Shown here: positions 1-10,707 of the stretch, in pieces
Layout: the number at the start of each line of letters is the position of its first letter
How positions within the stretch are numbered: position 1 is the stretch's first letter
NCBI GenBank assembly: GCA_024626585.2
Contig: JANKJI020000002.1
Coordinates: 27,876,739-27,895,699, forward strand
DNA from: Ginkgo biloba
Taxonomy: Eukaryota > Plantae > Ginkgophyta
Length of the DNA: 18,961 nt
Reading direction: 5' to 3'
Translations under genes and position numbers: made by a program
The notes under the pieces: model-generated
Seen by the model: only the letters and a program-made list of their open reading frames with translations
The model's database searches: none
What the model was told of the DNA's origin: nothing

Positions 1-43
1 TTTAACCTATTTTTCCTTTATCTCATCATCAATCGCTGAAACT

Positions 44-190
44 GTGCCGCCTTGAGTCTCCACATGAGACTTATGATGTCCTCTAACCATGATGAGAATA
101 AAATGTTGGAAAGATTGCACTATCCTCTTGGATTATGCCTTATTCACCAAAAGTGATGATGATCAATGAGTCAAAACTACATGAATGACA
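44..190 (+). mobile_element. Possible highly decayed Ty1/Copia integrase-RT linker remnant
   Basis: Fragments VPP*VST* (TGA plausibly from CGA, cf. PxRxSTR) and LLDYALFTK / VMMINESK (cf. DYAL...EP) in different frames; short and weak. Confidence 0.3.
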
Positions 191-569
191 AAGGACTCCT
201 CTCCCTTAGAAATAATGCATTTTCCTAGATGATCGTGGCCTTTATGTCATGTAAAAAAATGTATACCAACCAAATCATTGGTATAGTCCATGGGAACTAA
301 TGACACCTTATTTTATCACTCCCTTTTTTTAACCCAGTTAAATAGAGAATGTAATAGATGAAAGATTGAATCTAGGAACCAATAAGAGTAGGTAGATTTT
401 TAGGGTAAAGTAAAATACTCACTCGTCTTCCTCAACATTCTCCTACCCATCAAGCTATGTATTTAATAATAGTATTACCATATTCACAAGTGTTCTAATG
501 ATCACTCGGATATTTCTTGCATCTTTCTCTCCAAATATCACATTATCAATCAAGGAGTAATTCTACATC

Positions 570-1420
570 CAGGACCCAAGAGAAATAAGTGACTCCTAGT
601 GGCTCTTATGCAATCCTTGTGTTATCAGGACGNNNNNNNNNNNNNNNNNNNNNNNNNNNNNNNNNNNNNNNNNNNNNNNNCCATGTATCTTAGTATCCTT
701 TCATCATCCTAGTGCAATAAGGGAAGTTTAAATTATCTAAGATGGTGGAGCAGGCGTTGTAACTAATAAACAACATATACGCCAAGGAGGGGCAAGCTAC
801 TCCTGGTAGAATTTTTGTGATCCTGAGTCAATAAGGGAGGAAAAGGTATCTAGGAAGTGGTTGATCCTGGTGAATTTCCATGGCCCTTGGCCAATAAGGA
901 AGATTCAAAGGGATTAGGAAGCATACATGTACTAGGGAATGTTATTAGTAATCGAAACTAGGGAGGCACAAGTCAAGGAAGATNNNNNNNNNNNNNNNNN
1001 NNNNNNNNNNNNNNNNNNNNNNNNNNNNNNNNNNNNNNNNNNNNNNNNNNNNNNNNNNNNNNNNNNNNNNNNNNNCTAGTGCAATCAATAAGAATCAAAG
1101 GACCCAGGAGAGTGCACATCCCTTGAGGGGCCCATAATGTCACTTAGATGGATTTTAAAGCATGTGCATCAAAGAGAGAGAAAATGAGTTATTCCTAGTA
1201 GACTTGCATAGTCCTTATGATACTTGGAGTACTCAAAGGACCCAAGATGATGCTTAATAAAGTCAGGACCCAACCACTCTCATGTCTTAGATAAGAAGGG
1301 GTTCCCTTAGTTGATAAGGGAGGAAGGATCTATCTAGGAAGGCATACATAGATCTTGAGGAGGCCATGACACCACTAATGAAAGTTTAAATCATGTGCTC
1401 CAAGGAGGGACCAAGACTCT
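570..1420. repeat. Degenerate sub-repeat region, probably non-coding retrotransposon sequence
   Basis: Recurrent cct..caataaggga..atctaggaag motifs (~708, 822, 885, 1304) and ggaccca motifs (~572, 1099, 1238, 1266). Confidence 0.55.
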
Positions 1421-1713
1421 CCANNNNNNNNNNNNNNNNNNNNNNNNNNNNNNNNNNNNNNNNNNNNNNNNNNNNNNNNNNNNNNNNNNNNNNNNNNNNN
1501 NNNNNNNNNNNNNNNNNNNNNNNTTGGGTATTAGTGGAATGCCATTAAAATAGGTGTGGTGGTAAGTTCCTTCTCTCTTTTCACATAAAAACTAAATGCA
1601 AAATAAAAATGAGATTAGAGACTAGATGGCAATTAGTGATATGCCATTGTGATAGTTCGCTTATAGTACATTAATCCAATATTCCTCCCTATGGTAAGGG
1701 AGAATAAATATGG

Positions 1714-2344
1714 GAGAAAGTTTCTTTTATCTCTTTTGACATAGATTAATCTCAAGGTCAAGAAATATAAAATGTATAATAAGTTAAAGATAAGATGGAG
1801 ATTAGTGATATTCCATTGAGATAATTTGTTAAAATCAGAGGAATCTAATGTCCCTTCCAAGGTTGATAAATGGAGATAACATAAAGGCCTTAAATATAAT
1901 AGGGGATATTTTACAAAGACTTGAATATCGAAGAGTCTATCCTTTGAAACCTACATGATAATGAAGTCAAGAGATATAANNNNNNNNNNNNNNNNNNNNN
2001 NNNNNNNNGTGGATAAGAAATATTTACTAATGTAATTTTGTCCAATGCTTATATAAAGTATAAATACATAGTAGACTCAAAAGGTAGACTAGACATCTTA
2101 TCCTAGAATTCGCTATTGGCCGTTGGAAATTACCTAAAAGGGCATATTTGGTTGGTAGCCAAACCTTCAATAACAACACAATACATATCATTAGCACCTA
2201 ACAACTATAACTTCTCCACTAGATTCCATCTTTTAACCCAACCAAATAAGGGTGTTAAGTACATATCTCTTTTCAACCCCTCCTCGATATTACGATAGTA
2301 TCCTTAATTAAGATATCCTTCCCTAACTAGTAGAATTATTAATG
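1714..2344. repeat. Direct repeat copy A (~630 bp), highly similar to 3966-4603
   Basis: Colinear by eye, e.g. tatctcttttgacatagattaatc, aagttaaagataagatggagattagtgatattccattgagataa, tgtcccttccaaggttgataaatgga, cttctccactagattccatct. Confidence 0.92.
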
Positions 2345-3965
2345 ATAGTACATCTACTTGCAATTCAAGGTTGATCATATATAGAGTATACAAGTATAGT
2401 TTGCAAGCCATATTTAGAAGTATGACCAACTATGACTACTAACACAACCCATAGTACCGAAACATACCTGAGGGTTCTTACGGTGCTAACCCTACCTTCT
2501 TTTCTAGTTTCTTAAATAAATAAATGCTCACATGAGCTAATTCTTATACAATCTGAAACTCAATAATATATATGCATCCAATAGTATTGATGTACTCGCT
2601 TAGTAGGAGAATGAGGGAATGACCCCCATGCGCATTGTGAAAATGATTTGGTGTCGAACCAAGGGAGTACTCATCTATTATAATTGTCTAATTCTCTTCT
2701 TCTCTGTGAAAATTAGCTCTGAATTTCTCTGTACGGTATCTTTATTCTTCATACAGAAAAAAANNNNNNNNNNNNNNNNNNNNNNNNNNNNNNNNNNNNN
2801 NNNNNNNNNNNNNNNNNNNNNNNNNNNNNNNNNNNNNNNNNNNNNNNNNNNNNNNNNNNNNNNATAGAGAAAAAAGATATATGCTTGGAGAAGACAGTAG
2901 AAAGATATCGGGAGCTTGAAGACCTTCACAGAAGGAGTTAGCTTATTTTTATTAATAAAGATCAAACACTATATAATTATGGGGGTGTGTGCCATCAAGC
3001 ACTATTGCTCAAATTATATATTTCACCATATAGGAGTCAAATGGGATCTCCTAGTATAAGAATTTACGAAGTCCCCAAAATCCTGATTACATACCCAATC
3101 AAGGGTGTTTGGGTTAGGCCCCTAAGCAGTAGTCATTTATTCTAGACCTTCTAGAATGAATAGTACCAATCTTCTAGTAAGAAGACAACTTACATAAGAA
3201 GTAGCTTTCAAATGGTACAAAATGAAAACTTAAACTTCTAACTCATTATGGTTATGAGCTACCATTGCAAAACATATACAATCCTCAAAGCCTTATGAGA
3301 ATCAAACTTTGAACAAAATAAAAAGACCATAAACAAGGCATGAATGAATATTACAACCTATAGAAAAACTTAAACATCCTTTCTTATGACTGTAATCTAA
3401 CATTCTAAGATCGAGATTGAACTTGGCACCTCAAAAAACTTGAATGAAAAGATTGGCATGATGCAAACTTCCACTAGTTATGTCAAACTTGCTAAGATGA
3501 ATATGACCATAAAAGTTAAATAAGTTATATGAAGAGCAACCCATGAAGCAACTGTAATTACCATTCAAAGGTATGCATAATATATCTCTTCAATAAATAT
3601 CTTGGTGTATGTTAGAGTCAAGCATTGCAAATTACTAATAAATTAATAATTTCTTGATGAAATATCTATGAAGTAAAAATAAATCAAGTGGGGTGGATAA
3701 ATTACACGATTACATGTTTGGGGATTAGGAATAATAACTTTAGGTATTATCGTAGGACAAAAGTGTAGTTGAGAGGAAATTTAACTATTTAAGTAGAAGT
3801 GACTACATTAAGAGTCGGCCTAGGCCTAAGGAAGGTTAAGAAATTAGATATGTAACCTTGAAAATGGGGTCTCCCACATTATGATGATAAATGAATTAGA
3901 GTGTTAACCATTAATGTTATTGAGTAGACATTATACTCTTTTATGATATTTTTGGAGTGTGCTAT

Positions 3966-4603
3966 GAGAAAGTTCTTTATCTCTTTTGACATAGATTAAT
4001 CTTAAGGTCAAGAAATATAAAATTTATAATAAGTTAAAGATAAGATGGAGATTAGTGATATTCCATTGAGATAAGTTGTTAAAATCAGAGGAATCCAATG
4101 TCCCTTCCAAGGTTGATAAATGGACATAACATAAAGGCCTTAAATATAACAGGGGATATTTTATCAAGACTTGAATATAGAAGAGCCTATCCTTTTAAAC
4201 CTACATGCCAATGAAGTCAAGACATATAAAATAGATAATTATCAAAATATGAGTGGATAAGAAATATTTACTAATGTTAATTAATGTCCAATGCTTATAT
4301 AAAGTATAAATNNNNNNNNNNNNNNNNNNNNNNNNNNNNNNNNNNNNNNNNNNNNNNNNNNNNNNNNNNNNNNNNNNNNNNNNNNNNNNNNNNNNNNAGG
4401 GAGTATTTGGTTGGCAGCCAAACCTTCAATAATAACACAATACATATCATTAGCACCTAACAACGATAAATTCTCCACTAGATTCCATCTCTTAACCCAA
4501 CCAAATAAGGGTGTTAAGAACATGTCTCTTCTCAACCCCTCCTCGATATTACAATAGTCTCCTTAATTAAGATATCCATCCCTAACTAGTAGAATCATTA
4601 ATG
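3966..4603. repeat. Direct repeat copy B (~640 bp), highly similar to 1714-2344
   Basis: Same blocks about 2.25 kb downstream with scattered substitutions; right end cut by an N gap. Confidence 0.92.
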
Positions 4604-4703
4604 NNNNNNNNNNNNNNNNNNNNNNNNNNNNNNNNNNNNNNNNNNNNNNNNNNNNNNNNNNNNNNNNNNNNNNNNNNNNNNNNNNNNNNNNNNNNNNNNN
4701 NNN

Positions 4704-4848
4704 GATGATGGTTTGCGTCGGGCCTACCCCTATAAACCCTAGCCATGGGCAAGCAGTCCCTCACTATCCACGGATGGTAAATCGAGGGGAATGGAACCTC
4801 GGTTCGATGGGTATCAACCCAAAGCCGCAACGGTTGCACCAAACCCCT
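4704..4848 (-). mobile_element. tRNA-derived SINE-like element, 3' end lost in N gap
   Basis: Minus strand AGGGGTT-TGGTGCAACCG (A-box-like, 4841-4831), 32-nt spacer with a tgggt/accca hairpin, GGTTCCATTCC (B-box-like, 4798-4788) within a cgagg/cctcg stem. GC/CpG-rich island in AT-rich surroundings; no complete cloverleaf. Confidence 0.6.
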
Positions 4849-5685
4849 GGGGACACTTGAAGGGTAGACTTAACAAAACATTTCAATCCAATTTAATTAA
4901 AACACAACCTTATAATATTTTTTGAATTTCCTCTTAACCTACGTTGCCTTTGATGTCCGTATACTCTGTGATTTTTTGATGTGGTGTTTCATTGTCTTCA
5001 ATTCATTTGTATTGGTCATGCATTTTCTTCTCTTCATACATGGTCGCCCATAATGCTACCTTGGCATTTGCAACAGTCCATCCACGACTTCATTGAACAC
5101 ACTAATTTTATTCATAGCCAGCTTACAACAAACAAAAGATCCCCAATACATAGTAGAATCCATAGACGAGTCTCTGCTCATACTCTTCGGATTAGATCAG
5201 TTTCATATTCTTTGAATTACATCTCTCTGTTATGGATTATGGCGCCCCTTACAAGTCTCCACTTCTTTGACGAATCACATTCTATTCTTATGGGTTCCTT
5301 CGCCCTCCATGTCTTCTGCTATGCTCACAGTTTGAACCCAGTTAGGCCCTCCACATCTTCTTAATTACTCACGGCCTCGCAACTTTGATAAATTAAATTG
5401 AGAGCCAAAAAATACCTAAACCGATTCCTTTATTATGTTCCTTAGTATGCAACTTGTTTTAATATCTTGATACGCTATCTATCCTTAGAAATTCCTTGCT
5501 TTTATTTGTTTGCACTGGGCGACACCATGGATGTATAGGGTCAAATGCCCTTTTTGGGCTTTTTAAAATGCCATTGCCATTCAACATCTCATTACTCAGT
5601 CTTTACATGCTAAATTGCCATTCTCTCACGCAACCATCATTTTCACACACTATTTTTCCATACTCACAGTCCGCACAAGAACATG

Positions 5686-5697
5686 GCTCTGATACCA
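5686..5697 (-). other. Primer-binding site complementary to initiator tRNA-Met (TGGTATCAGAGC)
   Basis: Plus strand gctctgatacca is the exact reverse complement of the canonical plant PBS and follows ...AACA on the minus strand. Confidence 0.85.
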
Positions 5698-6137
5698 TGT
5701 TAAAATCACTCTTACTCTGATACCATCACATTGCACTCATAAAAGCACGAAATATATAAGATAGATAATTCAATGATTGTCTATATTTTGCACATGCACG
5801 ATATCACATCNNNNNNNNNNNNNNNNNNNNNNNNNNNNNNNNNNNNNNNNNNNNNNNNNNNNNNNNNNNNNNNNNNNNNNNNNNNNNNNNNNNNNNNNNN
5901 NNNNNNNNNNTTCCTTAAGCCATATTTACACATGTACGATCACATCACTTGAAGACTCTTATATCTGACTATTACACATACATGGAATAATCATCATGTA
6001 TATATACTCACACTTTGGATTATATATGGCACTTCACCCAACATACCTTGACACATAACTCAAGGTTACACATTAATCTAGATACCCTTAACTGTGGATA
6101 ACCTATATACTCTAGAATTGTCATTAATATTCTAACA
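5698..6137 (-). mobile_element. LTR (about 440 bp including a 100-N gap) of an LTR retrotransposon
   Basis: Termini TGTTAAAAT (5698-5706) and ATTCTAACA (6129-6137) form an 8/9 inverted repeat with TG...CA ends; a tRNA-Met PBS abuts it directly. Confidence 0.65.
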
Positions 6138-6149
6138 CTTTTCAATTGA

Positions 6150-6427
6150 AACATCCATCCCTAACTAGCAAAAAATATTAATGATAGTACCTCTAATTAC
6201 AATATGAGGTTGAATATAAACAAAGTACACAAGTATAATCCTCTAAACTAGAACTAGATGTGTGACGCACTATGGTTGCTAGTACAATGCATAGCACTGA
6301 AACATCCCCAAAGATTCTTAGAGTGCCAACCCTACCCTCTCTTCTACTTTGTCTAAATATATAAATGCCCATATGGGTTAATGCTTGTACAATTCCAAGT
6401 TAGATAAAACATATTCATCCAATAGTA
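6150..6427. repeat. More diverged copy of segment 2312-2587
   Basis: Shared colinear anchors: ccctaactag, tattaatgatagtac, caagtata, gaaacat, aaccctacc, ataaatgc, catccaatagtat. Confidence 0.8.
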
Positions 6428-9400
6428 TAGTCACACTCCATAAATCCCCTCAATGAATCTTAACTCGGGACAAGTTGTCCCTTAGATTAATCTATGAGGT
6501 TTCATGTAACAAATGAACATGAAATAATAAATGAAATAATGAACATTTAAACCCTAATTATTCATATAATTTATTTTCAACCATAAATACCATAAATCTA
6601 TTCTAGCACCTTAGTGTAAAGAAGCTCTTTCCACATTCTTAGGGTTTTCAACCCTTATATTAGCATACGTAACTGAAAATTTTAAAGTTCAATCTAATTT
6701 ATGTTTATATTAATTTATGTCAGCCTGAATAACATGATGAAAAAATTCTACAAAAAACTAGGGTTTTAAAATGCATTACAATAATGGTAACTTACCAGTT
6801 CAAATTGAATACCCGATGAAGCCAAAACTGTCTAAAGGTAAAATCCTCTCACTTTAGCTACTAAGACATGCAACTTGCTTTAGGAGGTCAAATAGAGCGA
6901 ATTAAGTTTATAGAATCTAATTGTTAGGAACAAAAAAGTCACGCACCTTCTCTTGGAGGTTCCTTGGGCCAAATTCTTTGGTGAAACTCTGATTTAACAC
7001 CTACAATAAAGTTGCTTTGCCCTAAAGAAGAGATCTAATCACTTAAAGAGATTATCTGCTAGAAAGTCACTATGATGATAATAATTTGACTCTAATTATG
7101 CAAAAAGCAACAACAATAAAAAAATAACAATTTNNNNNNNNNNNNNNNNTAAGATTAAGTCTTCTAGTCAAAATACAAAAAATAGCCAATAGAAGAAAAA
7201 CTTCTTGCAAAGAGATAATGGAATGATGTGTTAAGGGTTGTCTAAACTCGAGCAAACCCTATTTATGCTAAGAACTAGACATAAAACTCCACATAATCCT
7301 TGAGTTTAACCTTAGGGTTGCCCCAAACCCCAAGAAGGCCTTTGTGGCTCTCTATTGTCATAAATTATTCCTTGACAAGAGGCTTCCTCCANNNNNNNNN
7401 NTCTTGGCCCTTTTCATCACAATTTTCTCTTAAGTATCTCACCATGAGGTTTTATCATCATATGCAATATTAGTAATTTGACTCCATCATTTAACTTGGG
7501 CTCATGCATGTCTTCTAAGGCTAAATTTAATACATCTTTCACGATTACCTTTGGCTCACTTTTCAAGGTTAAATATGCAATAGTTTATTGGGTTGTAATA
7601 TAATAGTGGAGTATTGGGCCTAGAGGGNNNNNNNNNNNNNNCTAGAGGGATTTCATAAGGGAATAAAGGTCGTAGCTTTGCGAATGGACAAAATGGCATT
7701 AGAGTATAGACTTTAGATTGGAAAGTTAACTTTTGGTTTTCTCAAGCATTATAAACAATGCATATACGTTCGCATAGTAATAATAAATGATTTAGAAAAA
7801 ATAAAAATGTTGTTTAAAACAATTTTTTTTGGTTTAGTGAAATAAATGACCATTTTCCATATTTTGATGTGGGTCAATGAACACTTTAACAATGGAAATC
7901 CACTCGTACTTTTGTGATATGAAAGTAAAAACCTAACAAGATAAATAATATAGAACTAAACTAAATCTAGAAACCAAATATAAATAGTAAAAATGACCCA
8001 AAGCATTTTGATTAGTAGACGAATTAAAATTGTATAAAAAAAAAAAAAAAACTTTCATTTTAATTTTTTTTTATTATTATAATAAGTCTATTCAATTACT
8101 ATCAATATAAAGTTAATATAGCATACTAGCTATTTGGCAAGGTAGATTTTCTTTGATTTTCAAATCAATCAAATTTGATCATTTTTTGGGTCCTACCTTT
8201 CCTATTCTTTTCCAAACATGGTTACAACACATTCATTCTTATATATGTAATTACAACCATANNNNNNNNNNNNNNNNNNNNNNNNNNNNNNNNNNNNNNN
8301 NNNNNNNNNNNNNNNNNNNNNNNNNNNNNNNNNNNNNNNNNNNNNNNNNNNNNNNNNNNNNNNNNNNNNNNNNNNNNNNNNNNNNNNNNNNNNNNNNNNN
8401 NNNNNNNNNNNNNNNNNNNNNNNNNNNNNNNNNNNNNNNNNNNNNNNNNNNNNNNNNNNNNNNNNNNNNNNNNNNNNNNNNNNNNNNNNNNNNNNNNNNN
8501 NNAAAATCTTATTATATTTACCAAATTTAAAAAAAAAAATTATATTTATTTAAAACTTTTACTTTTAAATATACTCATATTTTCTAAATTGAAAAGATTC
8601 GCCCAATGGATACATTTATAGAAAATAATTCACTAGTTAATGTTTTCCCTAATGATCTAAGTCTTGGGAATGGGTGAAGTAGGTAGAAATTTTGCTTGTG
8701 AAACGTTCATAACAGTGATCGTTCAAATGGCTCATTCCCAACATAATGTGCTCATACATCCCTAATTTTGTGGCATTAAATTCACAACTATTTATATTGA
8801 TTTCTTATATCCCCATTTTCCATGTTTTTCATGATTTTTTTATGTCCCCCTTTACATGGTAAACTTGAGATAAATGGAAGGGTTATATATTGGATTCTTA
8901 CAAGTTACACACGATGCTAACTTGAAGCTCAAGAGACAAAAAAGACATTTGGTGTTCCAAATGATAAATTCCATAGAAGATCAGGGGGAATTGAAGGTCA
9001 CAGGGATAGATCTGTTCATAAACAAAGATTTGTCAAAACAATCAAAGCAACCGAGGCAGGACATAAAAGAAATAACGTCTACAACAGTGAACTGCAGATG
9101 TTTCAACAGAAGATACTGAAATAAGGACAATAAACTTCTTGAGTAGTCGGACTGAAGTTTGCAATCCAAATTAACTATGTAAAATCCAAGTAAATTGGAA
9201 TGTCAAAGACAAAAACAGCTGACACATACACATGCGGTTGGCAGATTTGACGACTTGCCACACTAGCATGGATGACATCTAGAGGAAACAGTTTTGTATA
9301 TACATAAACATTCATTTTAATGCATAGCGACCAAAACCTAACAATCTGGTCATGGTCATCCTTCATATTCATTTGCCATCCTTGTCCGTTAGAGCCAACC

Positions 9401-9991
9401 TAGGTGCAGAGCTATTTTTACCATTTGGACTGCACCTTATTTTGCAACAACCTTTCCCCATTCTTTACTTTTGCTAGGCTAGGCTTATTAATTATTTTTT
9501 CTACTCTTGCGCTTTTCAACTCCTTCCCTCTTCTATCATCACCAGCTCCTATAGCAAGTGCTATCTGAGGGAAAATTTTCAGCTTTCAAGTCCAGAGCGA
9601 ATGCTTGTGAATACAAAACTTCGAATTTCCAAAGGGANNNNNNNNNNNNNNNNNNNNNNNNNNNNNNNNNNNNNNNNNNNNNNNNNNNNNNNNNNNNNNN
9701 NNNNNNNNNNNNNNNNNNNNNNNNNNNNNNNNNNNNNNNNNNNNNNNNNNNNNNNNNNNNNNNNNNNNNNNNNNNNNNNNNNNNNNNNNNNNNNNNNNNN
9801 NNNNNNNNNNNNNNNNNNNNNNNNNNNNNNNNNNNNNNNNNNNNNNNNNNNNNNNNNNNNNNNNNNNNNNNNNNNNNNNNNNNNNNNNNNNNNNNNNNNN
9901 NNNNNNNNNNNNNNNNNNNNNNNNNNNNNNNNNNNNNNNNNNNNNNNNNNNNNNNNNNNNNNNNAATATTAAAAATTCTGAGCATACATAC

Positions 9992-10045
9992 GGGAGTTCC
10001 TTTGTTGTCAGCAGAATAAAATAGTACCGTAGGAGAGTCATGAAC
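9992..10045 (-). CDS. PDIL1-5: PDI-like exon (a' domain cis-Pro region), 54 nt, [18 protein letters not shown]
   Basis: tttgcag| acceptor, |gtatgt donor; PTxLFY...K..P pattern. Confidence 0.88.
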
Positions 10046-10656
10046 CTGCAAATAAGGGTAAAGCTGAATCAAATGTCTCAAGAAAAGAAAAGTCCTTAAT
10101 GTACAGCTGAGAATATACAGACCTGAAGGTTTGGATGCTCATTTGCAGACGCATCAATCCTCGCAATAACAAGTGACGGTACTCCTTTGAAGTGCTTTGC
10201 TACTTTATCTATTAGCTTGCTCATGGCTTTACAGTTCATACACCATGGTGTATAAGCCTTTACATCACACATTTCCAACAGAAGCAAATGGCTTAGAACT
10301 AGAGAAAGGGGAAAAAAGAATTAACCAGGATCAAATGAAAATGTTCTGCAAAGTTGATGGCCGCATAACTAGCTTTGTGAATCCATCATAATTTCTCCAA
10401 TGTAGTGCACGAATGAAAAAAATGATGAAGCCAATAAACAATTAACTATAAATTTATGGCCTTACAGTCAAAAAATTGGATCATGCACATGGTCATTAAA
10501 ACTTTGAGTTGCTTTCTTGAATGCTTTTGCTTTCCATCTTGTCCTCTTCTTTTTGTTTAGGTGAGGAATATAAAAATAAAATAGATGCTACAGATAGGGG
10601 TGGGTCCATTACGCATATGTCTTTGTGTGTTTATCACGGGTTTTCCTTTTCTTTGG

Positions 10657-10707
<51 letters not shown>

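Noticed and set aside
2095-2150. LEFAIGRWKLPK peptide resembling a LINE ORF2 C-terminal motif
   Set aside because: Too short, and the following Cys/His motifs are absent.
4775-4848. Functional tRNA gene
   Set aside because: Acceptor stem and loop sizes do not form a proper cloverleaf; better explained as a SINE head.
4981-5364. 127-aa plus-strand ORF
   Set aside because: GTG start, no recognisable motif, antisense to retroelement internal sequence.
8153-8621. Long ORFs through N runs (also 9539-10081, 12799-13416)
   Set aside because: Length is an artefact of Ns hiding stop codons.
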